Origin: a virus
Taxonomy: Duplodnaviria > Caudoviricetes
Strand: one strand, 5' to 3'
Virus record (IMG/VR): IMGVR_UViG_3300037067_027643
Location: 192,001 to 256,000 of that record
Length of the DNA: 64,000 bases
A program made the translations under genes and the position numbers. The notes beneath the pieces are model-generated. The model worked only from the letters and a program-made list of their open reading frames with translations. It had not been told where the DNA came from and ran no database searches. This document shows, piece by piece, positions 10,101 to 19,715 of this stretch; positions within the stretch are counted from its first letter, which is position 1, and every line of letters starts with the position of its first letter.

Positions 10101-10261
10101 TGAACTCCGTCACCAATCTTAATCCTTACTGATTCGCTTGGATTTAAATATAAACTTGAACTATTATATTCTAAAACAAATTCACCTTGTGCTAATACCA
10201 TTGATCCACTATCTACCCAAGAAGCTATTGAATCACGTCTAATCTGAATTTGAGCATACAT
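7142..10261 (-). CDS. Tail fibre / receptor-binding protein
   Basis: Mtd_N/hyaluronidase-type N-terminus (QIQIRRD...LAQGE...KIGDG...LPY), LxDV-type fibre repeats, a DUF2793-like segment, a CBM5/12-like segment (WVSSGSYTAKDIV...NW) and C-terminal 9-aa beta-helix repeats. Confidence 0.8.
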   Translation of the reverse strand: MYAQIQIRRDSIASWVDSGSMVLAQGEFVLEYNSSSLYLNPSESVRIKIGDGVHTYSQLPYYADNLPNLLDVTITTPGNFNLLAYNSSTFNWENISTGSLNTLLSFINLNDVANNSYTGQDGKILQISGSKIDFISTSSFANTNTFNQFTSSVNSYEQLINQYTASNNTNIGYLNIHSESVNTWTASYSQSVYTSIYNLSASEYTTVYNLSSSFSESLSHITSSALSGATTLLELTDCPTSYLDVKSQSPNYSVLLMVNSGSDKTVFVEDTKYVYSSSFYTYELNQTNISSSFNSRINTTNSNITSLSSSVYTSVTNLSSSVSTSFYNTQLNTSSSVYLLSQSCYITDVNLSSSIPVNLGDLNNVIDLGVYPNGYVLSVSGSKWIGSPPSSSAGSTYFTNLLDVPNSYSSSANYIPQVNPAENGLIFLNTSSFASSQSLYTFETNYSLDSSSFNTNINNTYLSQSNYLLSADFNIYSQSYVSDSSSFDYRIDQLDMSSSELINITYSQLSSSIYNQTLTTGKHYKITDYQTVHNILDGNTITSDIHTGSIEPLVVFSISTGSIDKTAISTVYPQDTIYYDITGGDTRDIAFFGVGVPPPTYTVDDINNSIPLGPPEGYSVVILPGSPSPWNTHIHQITTYISSNWTYASASINEYAYVTSNTNTYMFSGTSWNLITPELLPVNGFKGLITYRKDTIRNNECYYDFRNIIFRRWKVNATGWVSSGSYTAKDIVSGSNDYLYKAKTTHSESIADPSSDAVNWQFWLNNFKNYSWTSTPSEFSVGDITTTNLSMSDPLDYYTFTPYDEYCYDNHINIISFDNNGYYSRLNNIVFGSTCYSNNIKSDGYTITIGDSCYSNTIRISCYSNVIGDTFQSNNIGRLFQSNVIGDSFQSNTIGDSFQSNTIGNTNIFGYSFYSNTIGNSFQSNNIREYFNSNIIGDGCYSNNIRNSFSVNNIRSSFYLNTIGDSFQSNNIRDGFNSNIIGDSFQSNNIEYCPNNIDFTSATYVYGAYNCTIYNKSDGTFRLNYYDGTDILHFVNITD
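7290..7780 (-). repeat. Coding tandem repeat, ~27-bp / 9-aa unit (SN[NT]IG[DN]SFQ)
   Basis: Roughly 16-17 imperfect units, visible in DNA as recurring tttgattgaaaactat / tttgaata. Confidence 0.85.
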
Positions 10262-10294
10262 GTATTAAAAATATTATTAGTTTCTTACTAAAAA

Positions 10295-10339
10295 TATAAA
10301 TAGTAAAATAATTTAAAATAATTTTCAAAACTATTTATA
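10295..10339. promoter_or_regulatory. Back-to-back ACTATTTATA late-promoter-like motifs for divergent structural genes
   Basis: tataaatagt at 10295-10304 (minus sense) and actatttata at 10330-10339 (plus sense). Confidence 0.55.
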
Positions 10340-10354
10340 TAAATATAAAACATC

Positions 10355-12172
10355 ATGGCAAAAAATATTCTAATTAGACATAATCCTCAGACATCAGATT
10401 GGGAACATTGGGAATCAGATAACGAATCTACTGGTTATTGGCTTCCTGGTTTATATGGAAAAATATTTACTCCGTTTGGAACATTTAAAAAAGATACTTA
10501 TATAACAGATGTTAAAAATGATAACGGAACAGTTAATATATTTGAATTTAATACTGGTATAGTTAATACAAATATTTCAAAAACAAATACTAATATTGAA
10601 AAATTAAAGAAAGTAAAAAATATAAATATTACTGAATTAATTGATACTCCAGAAGATAATAGTCAATATACTCCTGTTGTAATTAAATTTACTAATAGTC
10701 AAGAATTACAAGTTGTAAAAGATACCACGTTAAATTTATCAGTAACTGTTTATAATCCAGTACTAAATTCAATATTAAGATATACTTGGAATGCGGATGG
10801 TAATGTAGTAAAAGAAAATAGTACAGATAATACTTATAGTCAATTAATTGGTATAAATAATAATATTACTATATATAGTGAAATTACAAATGGTATAGAA
10901 AAAACAAAAACACCAGAAATTCAAATCAAACCAATTGATTTAAATAAAGATCCTTTATTTGGAAAGAACTTAATTAAAAATTTTGATGGAAGTATAGGAT
11001 TATCTAATTGGGTAACAGTTAGTGGTATTCCAAGAACAAATTCAAAGTGGAATCAACAAACTCAAGAAGGCAAAAGTGATGAAACAACAGCATTTAATGG
11101 TTCTACCGATTTTCCAAATGAATTAAGCAGAAATGATTTTAATGAAATAGGTCCCTATTATAAATCAATAATTTCTGATTGGAATTACAATAGTTTTTTT
11201 GAAGGTGGAATTGATAGTGTTTCTAACAAAACAGAAATGTATTATGATATAGATGTATCAAATGCTATAGATATAATCGATAAAAATGTTCAAAATGTTA
11301 ATACTGTAAGAGGACAACTTTTTGCTTATATGGGTGGAGATGGACAGATTAAATTTTATAATCAACCGACATTTGATGATATGTGGTTTCAATGGTGGTC
11401 ATTTGATAGAACGACTATAAGAATTGAATTATTGGATGAAAATAATAATATTTTGAATAGAGATTATTATATTTATAATCCAGCTCACAGTAGATACCGT
11501 CCATCATTATTTTTAAGAAACATTGATTTTTATATTCCTATAGGAACAAGAACAATTAGAGTTTGGCAAACGTATGAAAGATTTCATGATTATACAAGAA
11601 CAGCAGTAATTTATGGAACTAACGGTCAAACAAATTATAATAGAATTACACCTATTCCAGATAAAAATAGAGGATATGGTTTTGAAAACGAACAATTTGT
11701 ATTCAGACATTCTACAATGAATACATTGATAAATTTATTTTTATATGTAGATAATTATATAACTATAGATCAAAATAAAATAAAAACTGATTTTACAAAC
11801 TATAAAAAAATAATTAATAAATTTGATGAATCTGTTCCTTGGGGATATAATAGCAGCATGATAAGAGAAAAACAAAGTGTATATTCTTCGTTAAACGATA
11901 AGATTCAAGAATTAAGAAATGGTCAATTTGCTAATGATCAAATAATAAATATTATAAAAAGTGATAGTTGGTTTAAAACTATGTATTCTGAAAATGAAAT
12001 AAATAAATTAGTATATAATCAAGATTTAACAAACGAATACGATTATCGAGTAACATCAAAGAATACTTACTCTTGGAACGGAAAAGTTTTAGATTTATCA
12101 CCTAATGTAACTCAGATGAATCAAAATAATACTATTATAATTGAAGAACAGCCAATAACAACAATATCATAG
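10355..12172 (+). CDS. Virion structural protein (Ig-like plus beta-sandwich domain)
   Basis: 605 aa, N/T/S-rich, Ig-like segment (LRYTWNADG) and NLIKNFDG...NW carbohydrate-binding-like start; adjacent to tail genes. Confidence 0.55.
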   Translation: MAKNILIRHNPQTSDWEHWESDNESTGYWLPGLYGKIFTPFGTFKKDTYITDVKNDNGTVNIFEFNTGIVNTNISKTNTNIEKLKKVKNINITELIDTPEDNSQYTPVVIKFTNSQELQVVKDTTLNLSVTVYNPVLNSILRYTWNADGNVVKENSTDNTYSQLIGINNNITIYSEITNGIEKTKTPEIQIKPIDLNKDPLFGKNLIKNFDGSIGLSNWVTVSGIPRTNSKWNQQTQEGKSDETTAFNGSTDFPNELSRNDFNEIGPYYKSIISDWNYNSFFEGGIDSVSNKTEMYYDIDVSNAIDIIDKNVQNVNTVRGQLFAYMGGDGQIKFYNQPTFDDMWFQWWSFDRTTIRIELLDENNNILNRDYYIYNPAHSRYRPSLFLRNIDFYIPIGTRTIRVWQTYERFHDYTRTAVIYGTNGQTNYNRITPIPDKNRGYGFENEQFVFRHSTMNTLINLFLYVDNYITIDQNKIKTDFTNYKKIINKFDESVPWGYNSSMIREKQSVYSSLNDKIQELRNGQFANDQIINIIKSDSWFKTMYSENEINKLVYNQDLTNEYDYRVTSKNTYSWNGKVLDLSPNVTQMNQNNTIIIEEQPITTIS

Positions 12173-12174
12173 AG

Positions 12175-15100
12175 ATGAATAAAAACGATATTATACTAAA
12201 TAATTCATATCCAACTACACCAGATCTAAATTCAAATACTGGACAGATAAATTCTGCTATAATAAATAATTTAACTCAATCTAAAGCTAATTTATTAACT
12301 GTTTCTAATATTATTAATACTATAAGTGGAAATGAAAATTTAGAGTATCATGTTTATCAAAGTAATATTTTAGCAACTTCTATATATAATGGATTTGATT
12401 GGAATTTAGATAATACTAAAAAAACTAAACAAACTACATTAAATACAAATAGCCAAAGACATTTAAACGAACTTGGATTTAGTCAAGGACAATTTGATAT
12501 CACTTATAATGTATATAAAAAATTATTAGGTAGTCTAACAGAAACCACTTTAATTGTCGATGAAATATCTCAAACTAAAGAAGAAATAAGGTTAAAATTA
12601 TTTGATGTTTCCGTTGAAAATTTAAATCAGTTAAATAAAATTGGTAATTTACCCAAACAAGATATAAATGGTAATATAATAAATATTCAATTAAATTTTG
12701 GTACTAATAATATTTTTACCGCTGTTAATTGGAGAATGGATCCAAATATTGAAAATAGTATTGTATTTAAATTAATCAAACCTATTCCAGATACTGTATT
12801 TGTTGAAGTAAATAATTTAGCATTGGTATGTGTGCCTGTAATAGATCCTATAAATGTTACTGTTAATTTATTTACAAGTGAACCAGGGCAGGAAGCCGTA
12901 TTATTAAGGAATCCAAATTGGACAAGTCAATTTAATATTAAAAGTAAAAAAGAAACTGATTTTTATAATTGGGATACTTTACTTTCTACTAATTCTACAA
13001 GTTCTTATCAACTTATAAATAAGCATCTTAGTGGTAGCCTATCTGGAATTGATTTAAATATAGACCATTCTTCGTATAGTAATTTTGTATTTTATAGTTC
13101 AGCTGAACAACGTCTTAAAAATTTTTATTATAAACTCGGTTTGGTAGAAAATTATAACGGAGTTTTATCTACATTACATACACAATACTCTACTTCATTT
13201 GGAATAGATCAAGTTACTGTAAATAATAATATCGTTAAATATAATAATAGATTAAATAATTTATTCGGTACTTTTGATAATTACGAAAAATATTTATACT
13301 ATGAAAGTGGTTCATCTGTTGATATAGAATCTTCTACATGGCCAAAATCTAATACTACTTATCCTTATACATTATATTCAATAAATACTAATACAGCACA
13401 AGATTGGTACGAATCACAATTATATACTGCTTCTCTTTATGATGAAAATAATGTAAATAAATTAACCAATACAATTCCATACCACATTAGTTCAGATGAA
13501 AGTAATATTGGTTATGTTACATTTGTAGAAATGTTAGGTCAACACTTTGATATATTGTGGAGTTATGTAAATCATATGACATCTATTTATAATAGGAAAG
13601 AATCAATTTATGAAGGATTGTCAAAAGATTTAATTTATCATGTTCTTCAATCATTTGGATGGGAACCAGAATTTGGAAATCAATTTGAAGATTTATGGCT
13701 AAGTAGTTTTGGTGGTAATAAATATTCATCTTCACTATATATACAAGCAGAAGAAGAACAATCATATCCAACTCCATACGAGGATATTAGTAAACAAGTC
13801 TGGAAGAGAATATTAAATAATTTACCTTACTTATTAAAGAACAAAGGAACAGCGGAAGGTATAAGAGCTTTAATCTGTTGCTATGGAATTCCAGATACAA
13901 TATTAAGAGTTAAAGAATATGGCGGACCAGATAAATATACAGTTAAATCAAAATATAAATATAATAAATTTTATTACGCTTGGAATCCAACTGGATCAAG
14001 TGATTCTAATTTTTTAACTGTTAGTGGATCTACTTATCCAAATGGATTAGAGTTTAGATTTAAAACTAATGAAAATTTTAATGGTAATTTTATAGAACTA
14101 AGTAGAAGAGAACAAGTATTATTTACAAATTTAAGTGGATCTCTTGCACAATCACTTGGAAGGATTACTTATATAAATAATCAATTTGGAAACTTCGAAT
14201 TTTTAATTAAAGATACCATATTACCTACATATCACATTCATCAGATACAAAATATACCAATATTAGATGGAGCTTGGTGGAGTGTATTATTAAATATAAG
14301 TAATGAATATTCATGTTCCATGTTTGTAAAGAAAACAGAAAATGATAATGAATCAATTACACACGCTTATTCATCTAGTTTTATTTTAACTGATAGTGAA
14401 ACAGGAAGTTTAGATTATTGCTATATAAATTTTCCTGGTAATGTATCATCTTCTATACAACCAGCAACCTATGTATTTAATCAATTTAACGGAGAATTAC
14501 AAGAACTAAGATTTTGGTCTAGTTCATTAAATGAGTTATCTTTTAACAATCATGTACTTTCACCAATTTCATATAATAGTAATACAATAACATCTTCCTA
14601 CAATGATTTACTTTTTCATTTACCATTAGGAAACGATGTAAATTTAAAATATGACTTAATTACATTATATACTAATTCTGTTGATGTTTCTTACTATACA
14701 AGTTCCTCACATCCAAATCAAAATATTAATCTATACTCTGTAATTGCTCAACCATTAACAATGAGCTTTGTTCAACATACAGAACATTTTTCTACAGAAT
14801 GGCCAGATGTAAGTGCTAATAGAATTATATCAAATAAAATTAGAATAGAGGAAAATAATGCTTTTAGTGGTAATACATTAGATTTAAAACGTAGAAGTGA
14901 AATAAGTGCTAATGATTTATATCCAACAGATACAACTAAAATTGGAGTTTACCTATCACCAACAAATGAAATAAATGAAGATATTGCTAATCAGTTTGGT
15001 GGATTTAGAATTGATGATTATATCGGAGATGAAGAAGATTATTATACAGACGAATACGTAGATTTAATTGCTTTAAGAAATGAATACTTTAAAAAATATA

Positions 15101-16359
15101 ATGGAAGATTTAAAATAGCTGATTATGTAAAACTACTAAAATATTATGATAGTTCTTTATTTAATCAAATTAAAAAAATGGTTCCTGCAAGATCGAGATT
15201 GTTAACTGGATTAGTAATTGAACCATCCATATTAGAACGTCCTAAGATTAAAACAATAAGTAAACCTACTTATGAAGTATTAGAAAAATATGTTACCTTA
15301 AATGTTACATCAAGTAATCAATTAACAGGAACAATAAATAATCTAACATCTTCGTTTTCAACTAATATTTATCAATTAAGTAGTGATTATAATGAACTAA
15401 TATCTAATCCAATAGTACATACTGCTTCTTTAAGTGGAGATACGTTAAACTTAGAAACTACATTAGATTTTACTGATATGTATTTAATGAATTCTAGTAG
15501 TGTACTCAATACTGTTATAACCAGTTCTGTACAATCGAGTAGAAAACAAATCAAAACATTATACATTAGTAATACTGGATGGTTAGAAGGCTATACAGCA
15601 TATTCAATTCCATTTGTAAATGATTTATTAGTTGGACCAAATGCGTATGCAGAAAAACCTTGGTTAAATCCTAAATATGCTTGCGTAGATGATACTAATT
15701 ATTCTCAAATAGATACATCTCCTTCAAAATATGTTACTACCGCCTCTTATGAAACGAGTGAATTATTAAATGTAGGTGGTTATGGAATATCTAATCAAAT
15801 TAATTTTCAAGATGTACATTCTGTAAGAGGAATAAAACTCAATATTAAAAAACGTAGTGCTGATATAGATGTAAATAGACATACTACAGATTATATTGTA
15901 AAATTAAATCCTAATGGATTTGTCGATGAAAGTTTTATAAATAAACAAACTGGAATTAATAGAGCCGATATTAGTACATATTGGAAAGATGATGCTATAC
16001 CGACTAGTAGCTATTATGGAAGTCCGGAAGATAATTGGGGTTATCCTTCTATGTGGAATAAATTAAATGTAAGAACATTTTTTGTTGGAGTATCTTCTCT
16101 TAATTATTATTACAATGTATTTGATAATTTAAGACCTCAAGTTAATTGTATATTAGCGGATATTTATTTTAATAAAATACAATACAAAACAGCAGAGATA
16201 CAAGATTTTGAACCTACTGATTGGGCTAATCTAAAATATAATGGTTGTAAATTGGAAAGTGCTGGATTTAATCAATTAGCAAGTGATGGATTGCCAGTAG
16301 TTGATTTTTGGATAGTAAATAGTAATGAAACAACTGTTGAATCAGCTATTAAGGTTTGA
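12175..16359 (+). CDS. Large virion structural protein (baseplate/tail-associated, LamG-like domain)
   Basis: 1394 aa; WKRILNNLPYLLKNKGT...YGIP...EYGG baseplate-wedge-like block and FNGELQELRFW LamG-like motif. Confidence 0.65.
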   Translation: MNKNDIILNNSYPTTPDLNSNTGQINSAIINNLTQSKANLLTVSNIINTISGNENLEYHVYQSNILATSIYNGFDWNLDNTKKTKQTTLNTNSQRHLNELGFSQGQFDITYNVYKKLLGSLTETTLIVDEISQTKEEIRLKLFDVSVENLNQLNKIGNLPKQDINGNIINIQLNFGTNNIFTAVNWRMDPNIENSIVFKLIKPIPDTVFVEVNNLALVCVPVIDPINVTVNLFTSEPGQEAVLLRNPNWTSQFNIKSKKETDFYNWDTLLSTNSTSSYQLINKHLSGSLSGIDLNIDHSSYSNFVFYSSAEQRLKNFYYKLGLVENYNGVLSTLHTQYSTSFGIDQVTVNNNIVKYNNRLNNLFGTFDNYEKYLYYESGSSVDIESSTWPKSNTTYPYTLYSINTNTAQDWYESQLYTASLYDENNVNKLTNTIPYHISSDESNIGYVTFVEMLGQHFDILWSYVNHMTSIYNRKESIYEGLSKDLIYHVLQSFGWEPEFGNQFEDLWLSSFGGNKYSSSLYIQAEEEQSYPTPYEDISKQVWKRILNNLPYLLKNKGTAEGIRALICCYGIPDTILRVKEYGGPDKYTVKSKYKYNKFYYAWNPTGSSDSNFLTVSGSTYPNGLEFRFKTNENFNGNFIELSRREQVLFTNLSGSLAQSLGRITYINNQFGNFEFLIKDTILPTYHIHQIQNIPILDGAWWSVLLNISNEYSCSMFVKKTENDNESITHAYSSSFILTDSETGSLDYCYINFPGNVSSSIQPATYVFNQFNGELQELRFWSSSLNELSFNNHVLSPISYNSNTITSSYNDLLFHLPLGNDVNLKYDLITLYTNSVDVSYYTSSSHPNQNINLYSVIAQPLTMSFVQHTEHFSTEWPDVSANRIISNKIRIEENNAFSGNTLDLKRRSEISANDLYPTDTTKIGVYLSPTNEINEDIANQFGGFRIDDYIGDEEDYYTDEYVDLIALRNEYFKKYNGRFKIADYVKLLKYYDSSLFNQIKKMVPARSRLLTGLVIEPSILERPKIKTISKPTYEVLEKYVTLNVTSSNQLTGTINNLTSSFSTNIYQLSSDYNELISNPIVHTASLSGDTLNLETTLDFTDMYLMNSSSVLNTVITSSVQSSRKQIKTLYISNTGWLEGYTAYSIPFVNDLLVGPNAYAEKPWLNPKYACVDDTNYSQIDTSPSKYVTTASYETSELLNVGGYGISNQINFQDVHSVRGIKLNIKKRSADIDVNRHTTDYIVKLNPNGFVDESFINKQTGINRADISTYWKDDAIPTSSYYGSPEDNWGYPSMWNKLNVRTFFVGVSSLNYYYNVFDNLRPQVNCILADIYFNKIQYKTAEIQDFEPTDWANLKYNGCKLESAGFNQLASDGLPVVDFWIVNSNETTVESAIKV

Positions 16360-16404
16360 AATTAAATCTTTATATATAGTTGTTAATATTATTTTTGCTT
16401 TGAC

Positions 16405-18020
16405 TTAATAATGATAATCAAATTTACAAGTTGCTTCATTATATAAATAGAAACAAGTCACCCACTTTTCCACATTAATTGATTCTTCGTATGTTAAAAC
16501 CTTACAGTTATCAATATCAATTTCTTTAATAATTTGTGGGTGATAATCACAATCGAAAAACCGATGTTGTTCTTCATATACAACATCGTCTACTTTTAAA
16601 GTTTTTAATAATTGTTTAAATTTATCTCTATTATTTTTTAGATTGTTCGACTTATTTTCTGTTTCTAAAATTTCCTCTCTATAATTCATATTTTGCTTAT
16701 TTTAAATCCATTTAATTCAACTGGTTCTATTACATACTTATTTATTTCATCTTCATAAACAATAGCAATTTCTTCTTGTGTTTCTTTTTCATCATTATAT
16801 TTTATTAAAACATTTTGAAGAACTTCGTTTATCTCTGATAATACTATTATACCATTATTTATTCCAACTGTTTCTAAACTGGTTCTTCTTCCTCCACTAC
16901 TAAATAATTCCATTCTCATTTTTAAATGATATGTATATTGATTATCAATTATACGTGTTTTAACAATATTGATAATAAGAGTTAATTTATATTTCTTGTT
17001 TTTAATATTGTCTACAATTTTATAATCTTGTTTCCAAAACGGTTTAGAATGAAAACTATTTAATAGATTGTCAATTAGCATGGATATCAGTTTTAATTTG
17101 TTTATTTTCTTTGTTTCTATTTTTAAATTCTGTGACTATTATCACTTTCTTTTCTGTAAGACTTTGAATTTCGTTAATAATTTTATATTTATTCCAAAAT
17201 AACTTAAATGGATAAAATAACATTTTATTTGAAAAACCCATTTTATGTTTTATTCCATCTTCTCTTAATGCAGTAATAAAATTAATATTGTACGGTGTAT
17301 GCTCTATGTTTAGAATAACACGAATAAACATAGTATCGTGATGAGCATAACTTTGTTTTTCTTTTTCTTTGGTTACTTCTTTAATTGCCTCTTTTAGTTC
17401 TTTTAGTAATAAATTCATATCTCTTTTAAAATTTTTTCTATTTTAGTTTTTAATTGTAATTTTTCGTAATTGGATATTTTAAGTTTATTTATTATGTTAA
17501 AATATTTATTTTTAATATCTGTATTATCTGTTTCAAAAAATTCATTTTGTTCTAATAATTCGTTTTTAAAATCTTCAATAATATAATTGTGTTTTGGTTG
17601 CGAAGGTATTGATATTGGTGGAGGTTGTGATATCTGTCCTGGAATAATAATTTCCTTTTGTGGTTGTATTTTTACTTCCTTCTTTTTCTTTTCTTTCTTA
17701 ATTTTATTTACAACGATATCAGGTTCTGTTAATTTAATAGTTGGTTTAATAATTTCTTTTATTTTAGTTAGATATATTCTATGAACCTGATTATTATGTT
17801 CTACAACATTTTTATCTAAATAAATTATATTACCAACAATATTTATAATAAGGAATGTTTCGTTTTTGACGTTGACATTATAGTCTTCTCCTATATTATA
17901 ATAATCAAAAAATTTTTGATTTAATTTGACAATATCGTTAATTTTAAGTATTTCAAATAGTCTGTAAATCTCTTCTTTTTCTTCCAATGAGTTAAATTTA
18001 ATTTTGGATAACTTAAACAA
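16405..18020 (-). other. Four coupled hypothetical ORFs (16405-16689, 16686-17081, 17071-17418, 17415-~17990)
   Basis: Overlapping stop/start codons. Promoter at 18018-18053; the TTG start at 18020 falls inside the -7 box, so the true start is probably downstream. Confidence 0.6.
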
Positions 18021-18053
18021 AAATAAGTAAAATTTTTCACTTATCCAAATTTA
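18018..18053 (-). promoter_or_regulatory. Bacteroidetes-type promoter
   Basis: TTTG-N20-TATTTTTG. Confidence 0.65.
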
Positions 18054-18635
18054 TTATGTTATTCTTAAAAAATTTTTAACTTCATTCCAATCTAAACAAG
18101 TCCAGCCAGTCCAATTTTTATTCCAGCTATATCTTTTACCAAACGAAATTTTACAGCCGGCATTTGAACTCATTAAATTATCATTATTGTCATCTAACAG
18201 CCACCCATCATCCATATTAACAATTGATTTATCCATTTTGCAACCATTATTTGTTAATAAAACATATTGTTGAATACAAGGTAAATGTTTTTGTAACCAC
18301 AATGATTTTAAATATAAATTTTTTGGAGTCCCTATTGAACAAATATACACATTATAATTTTTACACACTTGTTCTATTACTTCTTTGGTATTTTCATTAA
18401 TAAATTCTAAAGTTTTAAAGAATAATTCATGTTCAAAAAGTGGATATACCCATTCATGTTTCCCTTCTAACAATGGACAAACATCTTCAAAATTATAAAC
18501 ATTCGATAAAGTCCAATCGGCTTTAACCCAATTTTTATTAAAGCAATACGATAGATTATATACATTACAGAAAGCTTTAGTAGAATTTACAATAGTATTG
18601 TCAAAATCCAAAATTAATTTTTGTTTATTTTTCAT
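18054..18635 (-). CDS. HAD-family 5'(3')-deoxyribonucleotidase (NT5C-like)
   Basis: DFDNTIV motif I, K..WL, DKS, LLDD and WN motifs. Confidence 0.8.
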   Translation of the reverse strand: MKNKQKLILDFDNTIVNSTKAFCNVYNLSYCFNKNWVKADWTLSNVYNFEDVCPLLEGKHEWVYPLFEHELFFKTLEFINENTKEVIEQVCKNYNVYICSIGTPKNLYLKSLWLQKHLPCIQQYVLLTNNGCKMDKSIVNMDDGWLLDDNNDNLMSSNAGCKISFGKRYSWNKNWTGWTCLDWNEVKNFLRIT

Positions 18636-18650
18636 ATTTTACTTTTTAAT

Positions 18651-18827
18651 TATTTAAACCAACTTACTTTATATTTCTTTTGGCATTTTAAACAATAAAA
18701 TTCATTATCAATTATACACCAATTATCAATTGCGTTTGAAACTTGAGTTTCATAATTACATTTATCACATTTAACAAAGTCAGTTGAAATTGTTGTAGTT
18801 ATTTCTTTTTTAAAAATTTTACTCATA
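18651..18827 (-). CDS. Small Zn-ribbon protein (not in ORF track)
   Basis: MSKIFKKEITTTISTDFVKCDKCNY...FYCLKCQKKYKVSWFK, about 58 aa. Confidence 0.5.
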
Positions 18828-18829
18828 AT

Positions 18830-19075
18830 TTATTTTTTAATAATTTCGTAACCAGCTCTTTCTAATACGGTAATCATCTTATTCAAATCTTTGATATAGT
18901 TAATTTTATACAATTGAAATTTTCTATATAAAGTTCTGATGTTGATTCCAGTCAGCTTCGAAATTTCTGTAACTGTCGTTCCTTTTGCTATTAAATAGTT
19001 TAAAATTTCTTCTTCTAATTTAGTAATTTCAAACGTCGGTAAACAACCAATGTCAAATTGTTTATTTTGTTTCAT
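18830..19075 (-). CDS. Helix-turn-helix DNA-binding protein
   Basis: TVTEISKLTGINIRTLYRK HTH signature. Confidence 0.7.
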   Translation of the reverse strand: MKQNKQFDIGCLPTFEITKLEEEILNYLIAKGTTVTEISKLTGINIRTLYRKFQLYKINYIKDLNKMITVLERAGYEIIKK

Positions 19076-19688
19076 TATTTATCGAATTTAAAAAGTTAGT
19101 CACCCATTTATTTGATTCTAAACATCTAAGTAATTCTTCATCATATTGTTTTTGATAACGAACTAAATCTTCTTCATACATTTGAATTCTATCTTTCCTT
19201 ATTAATTTAGGATCGATATTCTTCAATTCTTTTTCAATTCTTTCAAGTTTTTGAACATGGTACTCATCATCACAATCCCATTTGATAGTATCTGTTATTT
19301 GTTGAATCATAAATTCTTTAATACCAACATGTTCTTTTGTTGGTGGAATATAATCTATAGCATGATTTAACATAGTTGTTAATTTATCTTTAAGAACCTT
19401 TATTTCCTTTATTTTATTAATATTATATTTTTTATCATTGTTTAATTGCCTTGTAACAGACTTGATAATTGAATCGTTAGATTGTTTTTTAATATTAATT
19501 AATTTCTTTTTGGTTTCCTCTATATTTTCTAAATAATAATTACTAACTTTTCTTGGTTCATATTCAATATCTAAATTTTCATCACGCATGTGAATAGTGG
19601 CACCAAATGCTCTCATACATAATTTTGCAAAATCTGGAAATGTATTTATTTTTCCATCTATAATTCCTGATGTGTATCCTGTAGGCAT
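19062..19688 (-). CDS. Conserved phage hypothetical coiled-coil protein (MPTGYT family)
   Basis: MPTGYT...CMRAFGA..HMRD N-terminus, which I recognise from phage proteins. Confidence 0.6.
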   Translation of the reverse strand: MPTGYTSGIIDGKINTFPDFAKLCMRAFGATIHMRDENLDIEYEPRKVSNYYLENIEETKKKLINIKKQSNDSIIKSVTRQLNNDKKYNINKIKEIKVLKDKLTTMLNHAIDYIPPTKEHVGIKEFMIQQITDTIKWDCDDEYHVQKLERIEKELKNIDPKLIRKDRIQMYEEDLVRYQKQYDEELLRCLESNKWVTNFLNSINNETK

Positions 19689-19715
19689 AATTTTAATTTT
19701 TTATTTATTTATAAT

